In this document: positions 34,143 to 45,448 of the stretch, in pieces
How the letters are laid out: each line of letters begins with the position of its first letter
Numbering within the stretch: the stretch's first letter is position 1
Source: an uncultured Gammaproteobacteria bacterium
GTDB lineage: Bacteria > Pseudomonadota > Gammaproteobacteria > CAWCPV01
Direction of reading: 5' to 3'
NCBI GenBank assembly: GCA_963797555.1
Contig: CAWCPV010000004.1
Coordinates: 224,001 to 288,000 of the forward strand
Length of the DNA: 64,000 nucleotides
The notes under the pieces: model-generated
What the model saw: only the letters and a program-made list of their open reading frames with translations
Told to the model about the DNA's origin: nothing
Databases searched by the model: none
Made by a program: the position numbers and the translations under genes

Positions 34143-34550
34143 TCACAGGGCGACATCGCTGAGCCTGTGCGGCCTCGCGGGGGTGACGCAAGGGCCCGAA
34201 AAACGGTAACCCTGCCGTAGGCAGTAACCGAGCCATCTCTCCAGAAAGCGGTTCTGCTCCCACTTGCTGTAGGGGGGCGAGGCGGTTGGTGCTTCGCGCA
34301 GTGCAGCCGCCTCGGCGAGACGCGCATCGTGGTATACGCGCACGAAGACGTTCGGCAGAGGGGTCATGGCTTCGCCATCGTCGAAGAAGTGCGTCAGGCG
34401 CAGCATGGTGGTGTACCGAAACCGGTGGAGTACCCTCAGGTACAACGGCGGGAGACCTTCCCCCGCGGCGTACGCCGTCTGCTCCGCCAAGTCCAGATTG
34501 GGGGTCAGCGTCCGCAGCCGCTGGTAATTGGTTTCGTAAATCTGCATCAA
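34143..34550 (-). CDS. DUF1249 family protein
   Basis: YETNYQRL, RYTT, VRVYHDARLAEA, KWEQNRFLERWLGYCL. Confidence 0.85.
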   Translation of the reverse strand: MMQIYETNYQRLRTLTPNLDLAEQTAYAAGEGLPPLYLRVLHRFRYTTMLRLTHFFDDGEAMTPLPNVFVRVYHDARLAEAAALREAPTASPPYSKWEQNRFLERWLGYCLRQGYRFSGPCVTPARPHRLSDVAL

Positions 34551-34576
34551 CTCGGCGAAGCCGCGCTGCGGGACCG

Positions 34577-35155
34577 TTATCCAGACCAGGTGCGTACCCT
34601 CCCCACGTCGACGTGTATGAAGTCGGAGAGCGGATAGTACCCGACACCCCCGGCGTGCAGTGCGAGTGCGGCGCGATGCAGGTGGTCGAGGTCATGACCA
34701 GGCAAGCGGATGTCTACCGCCTCTCCCTGCATGTGCAGACTATGCTCCGCTACGGCCTGGCTGTGCTTGCGGAGCCAGGCGTTGGTGGCGGGCGACCGAT
34801 AGCCCGAGACGACGTGGAATGGCTTGCGCGCGCCCATCCGCCGCCGCAGCGCGCAGAGCACGTCGAGCAAACCGGGCTCGATGGGGTACACATCCCCAGT
34901 GCGGAAGTCGCGCAATAGGTGGTTCACGTCGGCGAGCGCCTCGGGCACGTACTCGCCGCGTTCCCAGAACACGGTCTTGAGGCTCTCGCCCGTGTGGGCG
35001 TTGTAAAGCGATAGCTTCTTCTCGCAGATAGGACGCGCCCTTCCGAACGCCGGCTGGGCGAGCAGCGCCACGGCTGCGGTAGCCCCCAGCTTGAGGAAGT
35101 GACGCCGGTTGACTGCGGTGTGTCTTACCGCCCTTACCAGTTTATTGTGTGTCAT
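34577..35155 (-). CDS. mepK: YcbK/MepK peptidase M15 family, Tat signal
   Basis: NRRHFLK Tat motif, SGYRSPATN, SLHMQGEAVD, FIHVDVG. Confidence 0.9.
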   Translation of the reverse strand: MTHNKLVRAVRHTAVNRRHFLKLGATAAVALLAQPAFGRARPICEKKLSLYNAHTGESLKTVFWERGEYVPEALADVNHLLRDFRTGDVYPIEPGLLDVLCALRRRMGARKPFHVVSGYRSPATNAWLRKHSQAVAEHSLHMQGEAVDIRLPGHDLDHLHRAALALHAGGVGYYPLSDFIHVDVGRVRTWSG

Positions 35156-35287
35156 CGGCCTCCTCTCTTGTCATCCTTCGTTGCGCAGCCGCATTTTTAC
35201 TCGAAACGGCGCGCGGCTGCAAACGCGAATGCACGTCCGCAGGTCTGCACGCCGGAGGCGGGCGCAGGTAAGGCTCCTCGCATCCCC

Positions 35288-36058
35288 TTACGCCGGGAGG
35301 AATGCCTTGCCATGCGGGCCTTGCACGGTCACCAGAGGGTATCCGTACAGCCTCTGTAGCTGCGCGTCCGCCATCACTCGCTCGCGCGGACCGTGCAGGA
35401 CTTCCCCGTCACCCAGAAGCAGCAGCAGGCGGTCACAGTAACGCGCTGCCAGGTTGACGTTGTGCACCACCATCAACATGGCGCCTCCCCGGCGCAGCGT
35501 ATGGGCCTGAAGCAATGAGAGGACCTGGATCTGGTGCCGCAGGTCCAGGTGATTCGTGGGCTCGTCCAGCAGTGCCAGCAGGGGGTCTTGCACTAGCAGG
35601 GTGGCGACCGCAAGCCGCTGGCGTTCGCCTCCGGACAGGGTGGCTACCGGTCGTTCCGCCAGCGTGTCCAGCTCCAAGGCCCGCAGGGCCGCCAGAGCGC
35701 GCTCTGTGTCTTGCGACTCCTCCCATTGCCAGAAGTGCAGGTGAGGATGACGGCCGATGAGAGCCGTCTCCAAGACGGTGCTCGGGAAGGGGTCATCGAC
35801 CTGCTGGAACAGCACCCCCAGCACCCGCGCCACGCGCCGTCGAGGCAGTCGCGCGAGGTCGTCTCCCAGGAGGCGCACCGACCCGAAGCTCGGTGGCCGC
35901 AACCCCGCGAAAGTGTGCAGCAGCGTCGTCTTGCCCACCCCGTTACGACCGAGAATTCCCCAGCATTCGCCCGGAAACACTGCCAAGTCTAATCCTTGAC
36001 AGGCGCGGCAGCGGCCGACGCTCGCGCTCAGTCCGCAGGTCTCCAGTAGCGCCGTCAT
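35288..36058 (-). CDS. Cobalamin/Fe-siderophore ABC transporter ATP-binding protein
   Basis: GRNGVGKTT, LSGGERQR, LLDEPTNHLD. Confidence 0.9.
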   Translation of the reverse strand: MTALLETCGLSASVGRCRACQGLDLAVFPGECWGILGRNGVGKTTLLHTFAGLRPPSFGSVRLLGDDLARLPRRRVARVLGVLFQQVDDPFPSTVLETALIGRHPHLHFWQWEESQDTERALAALRALELDTLAERPVATLSGGERQRLAVATLLVQDPLLALLDEPTNHLDLRHQIQVLSLLQAHTLRRGGAMLMVVHNVNLAARYCDRLLLLLGDGEVLHGPRERVMADAQLQRLYGYPLVTVQGPHGKAFLPA

Positions 36059-37044
36059 CGGGTTCCCTTGTGGAGCACCAGCAGGAACAGTGGCACCCCC
36101 ACGGCGGCGGTGAGCACACCCACGGGAAGCTGCTGAGGGGCCAACAGCGATCGAGCGAGGGTATCCGCCAGCACCAGCAGAGTTCCTCCGAGCAGGCTGG
36201 CGGCGGGCAGCAGCAGGCGGTGGTCGCTGCCGGCGGCGAGGCGCCACAGATGAGGCACCACCAGTCCTACGAAGCCAACTGTCCCCGCCAGCGTGACCGC
36301 AGTTGCGGTGAGCAGGGACGCGACGAGGTAGATGCCCCAACGCAACGGTTGCACGGAGATACCGAGGGCAGCGGCCTGCAGTTCCCCGCGGGCGAGTACG
36401 TTGAGGTCGCCGGCGAAGGGCCAGGAGATGGCGAGTCCGAAGGCGGCCACCGCGAGACCGGGCCAAGGTGTTGCGCCGTGACTGAGGTCACCCATGAGCC
36501 AGAATAGCAAGCCGGGCAACGTCTGCGCAGGGCTGACGGCAAGAATGAAGTCTATTGCGGCGCTCCAGCCCGAGGCCATGATGACGCCTGTCAGGAGAAG
36601 CCGTGCGGTGTTCCAACTGCCGCGTCCGCGCGCCAGGTTGAACACCAGAAGCATCGCCGCCAGGGCGCCGGAAAAGGCACAGACGTCGAGGGTGGGATGA
36701 CCGAGGTGCGCCAGCATTGCGAGGAGCGCCGCAACGGCGGCGCCCCCGGAGATGCCCAACACGTAAGGGTCGGCCAGTGGGTTGCGCAGCAGCGTCTGCA
36801 TGAGTGCCCCCGCCAGGCCGAGCAGCGCGCCTACGGCGAAGGCGCTGGCGGCGCGCGGTAGCCTGAGGTCAAGGAGCACGGTGCGGGTGAGGCCGTCGGC
36901 CTCGCCATGCAGTACCTTCCAGAGCGCGGCCCAGCCAAGCCCTGCGCTGCCGAAGGTGAGGGCGCATAACAGGCTGAGCGGTGCCAGCAGCAGCAGCGCA
37001 GCCATCCACAGGCGAGGGCGCGACGTCACGCGGGGTGTTCGCAC
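36055..37044 (-). CDS. FecCD/BtuC-family ABC permease
   Basis: LRLPRA, QTLLRNPLADPYVLGISGGA, VGFVGLVVPH, LPVGVLTA. Confidence 0.92.
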   Translation of the reverse strand: MRTPRVTSRPRLWMAALLLLAPLSLLCALTFGSAGLGWAALWKVLHGEADGLTRTVLLDLRLPRAASAFAVGALLGLAGALMQTLLRNPLADPYVLGISGGAAVAALLAMLAHLGHPTLDVCAFSGALAAMLLVFNLARGRGSWNTARLLLTGVIMASGWSAAIDFILAVSPAQTLPGLLFWLMGDLSHGATPWPGLAVAAFGLAISWPFAGDLNVLARGELQAAALGISVQPLRWGIYLVASLLTATAVTLAGTVGFVGLVVPHLWRLAAGSDHRLLLPAASLLGGTLLVLADTLARSLLAPQQLPVGVLTAAVGVPLFLLVLHKGTR

Positions 37045-37131
37045 CTGCGTCCAGTCGGGCGCGGGGCATCCACCGTCAATCGCCTCAGGTCCGTCGGCGC
37101 CTTGACCGCCCTGGAACCGGCACCGGTCTGC

Positions 37132-37788
37132 TCAGGTGCGCAGACTGATCGTCCTCCACCCGTGATCGGCGGCATGGCGAGCGAGGGCTGCGTCGGGGTC
37201 CACTGCCACCGGATGGGCGACCCGATCGAGTAGGGGCAGGTCGTTGTGCGAGTCGCTGTAGAACCAACTGTCGCCCATCGGGACGCCGTACTCATGCGCC
37301 CATTCCTCCAAGCGCTGCACCTTGCCCTCACGATAGCAGGGTATCCCGATGACGCGGCCGGTATACCGCCCTTCCACCATCTCCGGCTCGGTGGCGAGCA
37401 AGTGCCTCACACCGTAAGCCTGGGCGATGGGAGCGGTGATGAATCGGTTGGTGGCGGTGATGATGAGGAGGGAGTCGCCGCGATCGCGGTGGCTCTGCAG
37501 CAGGGCGTGTGCCGCAGGCAACATGATGGGCAAGATGTTCTCTTCCATGAACCGGGCGCGCAGCACCTCCAGGGTCGGCGGGTCCAGCAGCGCAAGCGGG
37601 CGTAGCTGGAATGCGAGAAACTCGTGGATGTCCAGCGTTCCGGCCTGATACTGACGATAGAACCGCTCGTTTTCATGCTCGTAACGCTCGCGATCCACCA
37701 GACCTCGTCTCACCAAGAAGCGCCCCCACAAGTAGTCGCTGTCGCCGGCGAGCAGCGTGTTATCGAGGTCGAAGATGGCGAGACTCAA
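37132..37788 (-). CDS. HAD-IB family phosphatase (SerB-like)
   Basis: [24 protein letters not shown]. Confidence 0.9.
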   Translation of the reverse strand: MSLAIFDLDNTLLAGDSDYLWGRFLVRRGLVDRERYEHENERFYRQYQAGTLDIHEFLAFQLRPLALLDPPTLEVLRARFMEENILPIMLPAAHALLQSHRDRGDSLLIITATNRFITAPIAQAYGVRHLLATEPEMVEGRYTGRVIGIPCYREGKVQRLEEWAHEYGVPMGDSWFYSDSHNDLPLLDRVAHPVAVDPDAALARHAADHGWRTISLRT

Positions 37789-37898
37789 GGGGGAACCCCG
37801 GGACCGGAGGGGCCAGCGCCCGCGGCGGAAGATCCTTGCCGTTGGCGGCAATCTTGTGGAACAATGCCTATCATTCAAGATCTTCCCGCCGTTTGCAA

Positions 37899-38405
37899 GT
37901 GATTGATTCGGACGGTTACCGGTTGAATGTCGGCATCGTGCTGAGCAGCCGCGCGGGCGAACTGCTGTGGGCCAGACGCATTGGACAAGATGCGTGGCAG
38001 TTCCCCCAGGGCGGCATTCGTCGCTCGGAGAACCCCGAGCAGGCACTTTACCGGGAATTGGAGGAGGAGGTCGGCCTCCAGCCGCAGCACGTGAAGCTGA
38101 TGGGGTGCACGCGCGGCTGGCTGCGCTACCGGCTGCCGAAGCGCCTCATTCGCTACGGGCGAAAGCCGCTATGCATCGGTCAGAAGCAACGCTGGTTCCT
38201 GCTGCAGCTCGTGGAGAGCGACCGGTATGTCCGCCTGGACCTCAGCGAGAAGCCGGAATTCGACTGCTGGCGGTGGGTGTCCTATTGGTATCCTCTGCAG
38301 GAGGTCGTAGCGTTCAAACGCAAGGTCTACGATCGCGCGCTGCACGAGCTTGCACCGCTGCTGTTCCCGGGGTCGGAAATCTCGGTGCCCGATCCGAACT
38401 CGTAG
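37899..38405 (+). CDS. rppH: RNA pyrophosphohydrolase
   Basis: [35 protein letters not shown]. Confidence 0.96.
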   Translation: MIDSDGYRLNVGIVLSSRAGELLWARRIGQDAWQFPQGGIRRSENPEQALYRELEEEVGLQPQHVKLMGCTRGWLRYRLPKRLIRYGRKPLCIGQKQRWFLLQLVESDRYVRLDLSEKPEFDCWRWVSYWYPLQEVVAFKRKVYDRALHELAPLLFPGSEISVPDPNS

Positions 38406-38429
38406 GTCGACCGCACCTCCCTAAGTCGC

Positions 38430-40694
38430 ATGTTAGACACGCTGCGCCGCATCGTCCAGGAGGTCCACTCCGCCCAGGACTTGGACCAAGCGCTGCGGAT
38501 CATCGTCAGCCGCGTGAAACGAGCGATGGCGGCAGACGTTTGCTCCGTCTATCTCATCGATCCCGCATCCCACGAGCACGTCCTGATGGCCAGCGACGGC
38601 CTCAACCCCGAAGCGGTGGGCAAGGTGCGTCTGGGGCGGCGTGAGGGGCTGGTCAGCATGGTGAGCGAGAGAGAGGAGCCCGTCAACCTCGACAACGCCG
38701 CAGAACACCCCCGCTATCACTACGTGGCGGGGAGCGGCGAGGAGCCGTTTCACGGCTTTCTGGGGGTTCCTATCATCCATCACCGCAAGGTGCTGGGTGT
38801 GCTCATCGTGCAACGCCGTGAACGCCGCAAGTTCAGCGAGGAGGAAGTGAGCTTCCTCGTGACGATAGCCGCTCAGCTCGCGGGGGCCATCGCCCACGCC
38901 GAGGCAGTCGGGGACATCGCAGGGTTTCGCCGGCCACATGCGCTGGGGGTACAGCCTCTTGCGGGACAGCCGGGAGGCTCCGGGGTAGCCATGGGGATGG
39001 CCGTGGTCTGTTATCCGCCAGCCGACTTGGACGCCATTCCCGACCGCCCGGCCACCGACGTGGAGGCGGAGGCCGCCGCCTTCCAGGCGGCTTTGGCGGC
39101 CGTTCAGGCAGATATTCGGGGGCTGCGCGATACTCTCGGACCGGCCCTCGGGGAAGAGGAGCGGCTGCTGCTCGATGCCTACCTGTTGATGCTGAAGGGC
39201 GGCAGCCTCGTCACCCGCACCCTGGAACGTATCCGGGCGGGCCAATGGGCGCAGGGCGCGCTGCGCGTCACCGTGGCCGAGCACGTGCAGGTGTTCGAGT
39301 CTATGTCGGACAGCTATCTGCGGGAGCGTGCCAGCGACGTGCGGGATTTGGGCAGGCGTCTGGTCCAGCGGCTGCAGAGCGGCCGTCCGGAGGTCCGCGA
39401 CTATCCCCCGGACACCATCCTGGTGGGTGAGGAGATAACGGCCACCATGCTGGCCGCGGTCCCGCGCGAGCGGCTGTGCGGCGTGGTGTCAGCCCGGGGA
39501 TCGCGAGCCTCCCATGTAGCCATTCTGGCGCGCGCACTGGGAGTCCCCGCGGTGATGGGGGCGGGCGACTTGCCCGTGAGCCGGGTGGATGGCAAGGAGA
39601 TGATCGTGGACGGCTACGTCGGGCGCGTCTACATCATGCCGCCGCCGACGGTGCGTGAGGAGTACCTGCGCCTCATCCGCGAGGATCGTGCCCTCTCCGA
39701 AGAGCTGAAGACGCTGCGCGACCTGCCGGCGGAGACCCCCGACGGCTACCGAATACCGATGCTGGTCAATACGGGGCTGTTGGCCGACCTGACTCCTGCG
39801 CTCAGCAGCGGGGCCGAGGGGATCGGGCTGTACCGCACGGAGTTTCCGTTCCTCATCCGCGACCGATTCCCCGGCGAGGAGGAGCAGTTCAAGGTCTACC
39901 GTCAGGCGCTCCAGGCGTTCGCACCGCGCCCCGTGACCCTGCGCACCCTGGACGTGGGCGGTGACAAGGCGCTGCCCTATTTCCCCATTTCGGAGGACAA
40001 CCCGTTCCTGGGTTGGCGCGGTATACGTATTACGCTGGACCATCCCGAGATCTTCCTCACCCAGCTGCGAGCCATGCTGCGGGCGAGCGCGGGGCTGAAC
40101 AACCTGCACTTGCTGCTTCCCATGGTGACTACCCTGGCGGAGGTGGACGACGCTTTAGGGCTCATCCGCCGGGCTTACCAAGAGATACGGGAGGAAGGCG
40201 CGGACATCGGCAGCCCCCCGGTGGGTGTGATGGTGGAGGTCCCCGCCTTGGTGTATCAGGCGGAGGCCCTCGCCCGTCGCGTGGATTTTCTGTCCATCGG
40301 AAGCAACGATCTGACCCAGTACCTGCTCGCAGTCGACCGCAACAACCCGCGCGTCGCAGCACTCTACGACTCGCTCCACCCCGCGGTGCTGAGGGCCATG
40401 ATGCAGGTCCTGGAAGGGGGGCACCGACAGAGCTGCCCGGTCAGCGTGTGTGGGGAAATTGCCGGGGACCCCACGGCTGCGGTACTCCTGCTAGGGATGG
40501 GCATGGACAGTCTGAGCACCAGTAGCGCCAACCTGCCGCGCATAAAGTGGGTGATCCGCACGATCCCCAGGGCACGCGCTTGCGCCCTGCTGGAGGAGGT
40601 GCTGGCACTCGAGGACGCCACCGCCATTCGCCGCCACGTCAACGCTGCCCTTGAGGAGGCGGGACTGGGAAGCCTGCTGCACGCCGGGCGCTGA
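38430..40694 (+). CDS. ptsP: PTS enzyme I-Ntr (GAF-EI)
   Basis: N-terminal GAF, SHVAILAR, GLYRTE, EDNPFLGWRG, SIGSNDLTQY. Confidence 0.96.
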   Translation: MLDTLRRIVQEVHSAQDLDQALRIIVSRVKRAMAADVCSVYLIDPASHEHVLMASDGLNPEAVGKVRLGRREGLVSMVSEREEPVNLDNAAEHPRYHYVAGSGEEPFHGFLGVPIIHHRKVLGVLIVQRRERRKFSEEEVSFLVTIAAQLAGAIAHAEAVGDIAGFRRPHALGVQPLAGQPGGSGVAMGMAVVCYPPADLDAIPDRPATDVEAEAAAFQAALAAVQADIRGLRDTLGPALGEEERLLLDAYLLMLKGGSLVTRTLERIRAGQWAQGALRVTVAEHVQVFESMSDSYLRERASDVRDLGRRLVQRLQSGRPEVRDYPPDTILVGEEITATMLAAVPRERLCGVVSARGSRASHVAILARALGVPAVMGAGDLPVSRVDGKEMIVDGYVGRVYIMPPPTVREEYLRLIREDRALSEELKTLRDLPAETPDGYRIPMLVNTGLLADLTPALSSGAEGIGLYRTEFPFLIRDRFPGEEEQFKVYRQALQAFAPRPVTLRTLDVGGDKALPYFPISEDNPFLGWRGIRITLDHPEIFLTQLRAMLRASAGLNNLHLLLPMVTTLAEVDDALGLIRRAYQEIREEGADIGSPPVGVMVEVPALVYQAEALARRVDFLSIGSNDLTQYLLAVDRNNPRVAALYDSLHPAVLRAMMQVLEGGHRQSCPVSVCGEIAGDPTAAVLLLGMGMDSLSTSSANLPRIKWVIRTIPRARACALLEEVLALEDATAIRRHVNAALEEAGLGSLLHAGR

Positions 40695-40771
40695 CACCAC
40701 ACGCAATCCCTACCGCGAATTCCTGGCGCTCGCTACGCCGAGGCTGGCGGGGGTCGCAGGGCGAAGCAGGT

Positions 40772-41509
40772 TCACCGCCCCAGAGCGAGCCGGGCCGCCA
40801 GCCTCTCCGGGAGTCCCGCCTCACGGATGCGCCGCTGGGCTTCTGCCACAGCGTAGGCACAGCGCTTGAACCACAGCCTGCGGCGGTCTGCGTCCAGCAC
40901 CACGTACGAGGCCCTGGGATCCCCGTCCCGCGGTTGGCCGACACTTCCGGCGATCACCAGGCATCCGCCCTCTCCCAGGTGTACCGCTGCAGAGTGATCC
41001 AGCCCCGACAGGAAGTGGTGGCCTTGCTCTTGCTGTGAGTGGATAAAGGCCCCGTGCAGGTGGGAGTGCCCGGACAGGGCGAGGCGCGATCCGACCGCTT
41101 CGAGATTTTCCAGCAGGTTGTCCCATCCGAGGTATTCCCAGTGCTGTGGCTGCAAGGGGGCGCCATGGCTCAGGTACACAGTCTCGGTCACGTGGGTGTA
41201 CGGCAGTCCGGTCAGGTAGGACAGATTCTCCGGGCTGATGGTGTGGCGTGCGTACTCGATGGCCTGCGCGGCGTAACTGTTGAACCAACGCGTGGAGGTC
41301 CGTCCCAAAACGGCGTCGTCGTGGTTGCCCAGCAGGGCTACACTGCAGTGCGCCCGTACCAGGGTGCAGCACGCATTCACGTCGGGGCCGTAGCCGGCGA
41401 TATCCCCGAGGCAATACACCGCGGTGATCCCCTGGCCGGAGATGTCGGCGAGCACTGCCTCCAACGCTGGCTGGTTGCCGTGGATGTCGGAGATGACGGC
41501 GAGCTTCAA
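40772..41509 (-). CDS. Metallophosphoesterase (calcineurin-like)
   Basis: ISDIHGN, LGDIAGYGP, GNHD, GHSH, GSVGQPRDG. Confidence 0.9.
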   Translation of the reverse strand: MKLAVISDIHGNQPALEAVLADISGQGITAVYCLGDIAGYGPDVNACCTLVRAHCSVALLGNHDDAVLGRTSTRWFNSYAAQAIEYARHTISPENLSYLTGLPYTHVTETVYLSHGAPLQPQHWEYLGWDNLLENLEAVGSRLALSGHSHLHGAFIHSQQEQGHHFLSGLDHSAAVHLGEGGCLVIAGSVGQPRDGDPRASYVVLDADRRRLWFKRCAYAVAEAQRRIREAGLPERLAARLALGR

Positions 41510-41543
41510 GGGAGGCGCCCGCGGGACGAGGCACTGCGCACGC

Positions 41544-44144
41544 CTAACATTTCCCAGTGCCTCGCGGCTCACGCGCCAATGACTTGAGAGCGTACAGGGT
41601 CTCCAGTGCCTGACGCGGGCTCAGCTCGTCCGGCTGGACGGCATGCAGCGCCTCCAGCACCGGGTGCGGCGGCTCGCTTGGAAACAGCGCAATCTGGGTC
41701 GTCGGCAGCCGGGCGCCTCGCTCCAAATCGCGAAGGCGCCGCCGGGCGAGGTCGATGACGGGGTGGGGAACGCCCGCTAGCGCCGCCACCTGCAGCCCGT
41801 AGCTCTGGCTGGCGGGACCGTCTTTTACCGCATACAGGAAGACAATGCCGTCGTCGTGCTCGGCGGCGTCCAGATGCACGTTGGCCATGCTCGCGTGGCG
41901 CTCGGGCAAGCGGGTCAGCTCGAAGTAGTGGGTGGCAAACAGCGTGAAGCTGCCGAGTCGGCTGGCCAGATACTCGGCGCACGCCCACGCCAAGGAGAGC
42001 CCATCGAAGGTGCTGGTACCGCGGCCAATCTCGTCGACGAGCACCAGACTGAGCGGGGTCGCGTTATGCAGGATATTCGCCGTCTCGGCCATCTCCACCA
42101 TGAACGTCGAGCGTCCGCCGGCCAAGTCGTCGGCTGCCCCGATGCGTGTGAAGATGCGGTCGAGCGGACCGACGACCGCGCGCTGCGCGGGCACGAAGGA
42201 GCCGACGTGTGCCAACAGGCAGATGAGGGCCGTCTGCCGCATGTAGGTGGACTTTCCCCCCATGTTCGGCCCGGTGATGATGAGCACGCGGCGCCGCTCG
42301 TCGAGACGCACGTCATTCGGCACGAAGGGAGCGGGGGAGCTTTGCTCGACCACCAGATGGCGTCCGCCTTGGATGTGGATGCCGGGGGACTGGGAGAGCT
42401 CCGGGCGTGTCAGCTCCAAGGCCGCCGCGCGCTCCGCGAGGTTGGCCAGCGCGTCCAGCTCCGCCAGTGCGTCGGCTGCGGCCTGAAGCCTTGGCAAGTG
42501 GCCCTGGAGGTGGGCGAGTAGCTCGTCGTAGAGGGATTTCTCTCGAGCCAGGGCACGTTCGCGGCTACTCAGCACCTTATCCTCGAAGCCCCTGAGCTCC
42601 TCTGTCATATAGCGCTCGGCCCCTTTCAGGGTCTGCCGCCGGACGTAGTCCGTCGGTACCCTGTCGCTGTGGGAACGGCTCACCTCGATGTAGTAGCCGT
42701 GAACTCGGTTATAGCCCACCCGGAGGGTGGAGATGCCCGTCCGCTCGCGCTGCCTGTTCTCGAGCGCGACGAGGAACTCATCGGCGTGGGTGGCCAGCGT
42801 GCGTAGCTCGTCCAGCTCGGCGTCGTAGCCGGGCGCGATGACCCCGCCGTCGCGCAGTAACATTGGCGGGCGCTCCATCAAGGCACGCTGCAGCAGCGAG
42901 CTCAGCTCGGGGAACTCGCCGAGCTGTCCTGCCAGACCGGGCAGCCGGCCCGCCTCGAGGTCCGCCAATGCGGTCCGCAACGCGGGCAGCGAGGCCAGCG
43001 CAAAGCGCAGTTGCGACAGATCGCGGGGCCGAGCGCTGCCGAGCGCAACGCGGGCGAGGATGCGCTCCACATCCCCGATGCGTCGCACGACCTCGTGCAG
43101 AGCCTCGAAGCGGTTGTTTGCCATGAGTGCCTGCAGGGCGTCCTGGCGGTCGCGCAATATCGTCGGGTCGCGGAGGGGACGGTGCAGCCAGCGTCGGAGT
43201 AGCCGCGCGCCCATGGGGGTCGCAGTTCGGTCCAGCACTGCGGCCAGGGTGCTGTCCGTGGTGCCCCGCAAGTTGGTGACGATCTCCAGATTGCGCCGTG
43301 TCGCGGCGTCCAGGATCAGGCTGTGCTCGCGCTGCTCCAGGTGCAGCTTGCGGATGTGGGGCAGAGCGCTGCGCTGGGTGTGCGTGGCATACTGCAGCAG
43401 GCAGCCGGCCGCGCCCAGCGCAAGCGTCATCGCATCGCACCCGAAGCCGATCAGGTCGTGCGTTCGCATCTGCTCGGTCAGCAGGCGCCGCGCCGTGTCC
43501 AAGTCGTAGTGCCACGGCGGCTGGCGTCGCAGCCCGGGCCTGCCGTCGAGCCACGGCGCGGAGGCGAAGTCTTCGCTGATCAGGATCTCGGCGGGCTGCA
43601 GCCGCTCCAGCTCCGAGCACAAGGCCTCTTCCCCTTCGACTTCCAGCACGCACAAGCGACCGCCCGACAGGTCGAGGCTGGCGATGCCGTAACGTGCGTC
43701 GCGGCCGTGCAACGCCACGAGCAGATTGTCACGCCGCTCTTCCAGCAGTGCTTCATCGGTGACGGTGCCGGGCGTCACGATGCGCACCACGCGCCGCTCC
43801 ACCGGACCCCGGCTGCGGGCCGGGTCGCCCAGTTGCTCGCAAATTGCGATCGACTCCCCCAGGCGTACCAGCCGACCGAGGTAGCCGTCCACCGCATGCA
43901 CCGGGACGCCGGCCATGGGGACGGGCTGCCCGGCCGACTGCCCACGTGCGGTCAGTGCAATGTCCAGAAGGCGTGCCGCTTTCTGCGCGTCTTCGTAGAA
44001 CAGCTCATAGAAGTCGCCCATACGGTAGAAAAGAAGGATATCGGGGTAGTCGGCCTTGATCCCCAAGTACTGCCGCATGATGGGTGTATGGCTGTCGAGG
44101 GCGCTGGGGGGGTCCACGGGCGGGCCGCTGTTTGGGGGGGTCAT
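41544..44144 (-). CDS. mutS: DNA mismatch repair protein MutS
   Basis: [41 protein letters not shown]. Confidence 0.98.
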   Translation of the reverse strand: MTPPNSGPPVDPPSALDSHTPIMRQYLGIKADYPDILLFYRMGDFYELFYEDAQKAARLLDIALTARGQSAGQPVPMAGVPVHAVDGYLGRLVRLGESIAICEQLGDPARSRGPVERRVVRIVTPGTVTDEALLEERRDNLLVALHGRDARYGIASLDLSGGRLCVLEVEGEEALCSELERLQPAEILISEDFASAPWLDGRPGLRRQPPWHYDLDTARRLLTEQMRTHDLIGFGCDAMTLALGAAGCLLQYATHTQRSALPHIRKLHLEQREHSLILDAATRRNLEIVTNLRGTTDSTLAAVLDRTATPMGARLLRRWLHRPLRDPTILRDRQDALQALMANNRFEALHEVVRRIGDVERILARVALGSARPRDLSQLRFALASLPALRTALADLEAGRLPGLAGQLGEFPELSSLLQRALMERPPMLLRDGGVIAPGYDAELDELRTLATHADEFLVALENRQRERTGISTLRVGYNRVHGYYIEVSRSHSDRVPTDYVRRQTLKGAERYMTEELRGFEDKVLSSRERALAREKSLYDELLAHLQGHLPRLQAAADALAELDALANLAERAAALELTRPELSQSPGIHIQGGRHLVVEQSSPAPFVPNDVRLDERRRVLIITGPNMGGKSTYMRQTALICLLAHVGSFVPAQRAVVGPLDRIFTRIGAADDLAGGRSTFMVEMAETANILHNATPLSLVLVDEIGRGTSTFDGLSLAWACAEYLASRLGSFTLFATHYFELTRLPERHASMANVHLDAAEHDDGIVFLYAVKDGPASQSYGLQVAALAGVPHPVIDLARRRLRDLERGARLPTTQIALFPSEPPHPVLEALHAVQPDELSPRQALETLYALKSLAREPRGTGKC

Positions 44145-44353
44145 ACCGTTTCATTCTAACGTCAAATCATCTGCATTGGAGTCGTACGGCTGGCCAGCGC
44201 GGAACCCGTGCTGGGCCGCTCCGGCCCCGACCTCGCCGAGATTAAGGCCAGGGGTCGCAGCCGAGCTTGCGCAGGCGAGGAGGGCCAAGGAACCATTGTT
44301 TGAGTGCCGGAGACAAATCCCTGCAGGGAAGTGGTTGACGCGCGGGACGGCGA

Positions 44354-44379
44354 TTGAATTCCCGTGACGCTGTCCCCAT
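44354..44379 (+). promoter_or_regulatory. Sigma-32 (RpoH) promoter of htpX
   Basis: TTGAAT-N14-CCCCAT about 40 nt upstream of htpX, a known heat-shock gene. Confidence 0.7.
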
Positions 44380-44419
44380 CCCTGGACCGCATCCACTGGA
44401 GTGCAGAGGAAGGCTCGCA

Positions 44420-45301
44420 ATGATAAAGCGCATCGTGCTGTTCCTGATCACCAACGTGGCGGTGCTGGTCACTCTCAGCATCTCCATGCGCTTGCTCGGG
44501 ATCGACAGCATTCTCACCCAGTCCGGACTGAACCTGCGGGCACTGCTGGTGTTCGCCGCGGTGATCGGATTTTCGGGCTCGTTCATCTCCCTCGCCATGT
44601 CCAAATGGAGCGCCAAGTTTCTCACCGGCGCACAAGTCATCGACCGGCCTCGCAACAGCACCGAGGTCTGGCTGCTGGAGACCATCAAACGGCATGCGCA
44701 GAACGCCCGCATCGGCATGCCGGAGGTGGCCGTCTACGACTCGCCAGACATGAACGCCTTCGCGACCGGAATGTCGCGCGACTCCTCGCTGGTGGCCGTG
44801 AGTACCGGCTTGCTTCGCCAGATGCGGGCGGAGGAAGTCGAGGCGGTCCTCGGCCATGAGATCACACATGTGGCCAACGGTGACATGGTGACCCTGGCCT
44901 TGGTGCAGGGGGTGGTGAACACGTTCGTGGTGTTCCTGTCGCGCGTCGTTGGCTATGTCGTCGACCGGGCCGTATTCCGGACCGAGGAGGGGGTAGGACC
45001 CGGGTACTGGATAACCACCATCGTGACCGAGCTGCTGCTCGCGGTGCTCGCCAGCATGGTGGTCATGTGGGTGAGCCGCATGCGGGAGTTCCGCGCGGAC
45101 GCCGGTGGTGCCCGGCTGGCGGGCCGGGAAAAGATGATTGCTGCGCTGGAGCGGCTCAAGGCCGGTCTGGACCAGCCTCATCTCCCGGACCAGTTGGCCG
45201 CGTTCGGTATCTCCGGTCGTATCGGCCGCGGGCTGACCCGGCTGTTCATGTCGCACCCGCCACTTGAGGAGCGCATTGCCGCTTTGCGGGCTGCGGCCTG
45301 A
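44420..45301 (+). CDS. htpX: Protease HtpX
   Basis: [47 protein letters not shown]. Confidence 0.96.
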   Translation: MIKRIVLFLITNVAVLVTLSISMRLLGIDSILTQSGLNLRALLVFAAVIGFSGSFISLAMSKWSAKFLTGAQVIDRPRNSTEVWLLETIKRHAQNARIGMPEVAVYDSPDMNAFATGMSRDSSLVAVSTGLLRQMRAEEVEAVLGHEITHVANGDMVTLALVQGVVNTFVVFLSRVVGYVVDRAVFRTEEGVGPGYWITTIVTELLLAVLASMVVMWVSRMREFRADAGGARLAGREKMIAALERLKAGLDQPHLPDQLAAFGISGRIGRGLTRLFMSHPPLEERIAALRAAA

Positions 45302-45448
45302 GCGTGGCTGGGCGGGAGTCCCTCCCGTTGTCAGTCTTGGGCCAACCTTAGGGCCGCCCGCAGTCTGGGGGCCCGGCCCGCGTGTTTTGTTGCCGCGGAG
45401 CGGGGCCGCTATGCGGACGCCGGTCCTAGTGGGTTGGTCGAATAGCCC

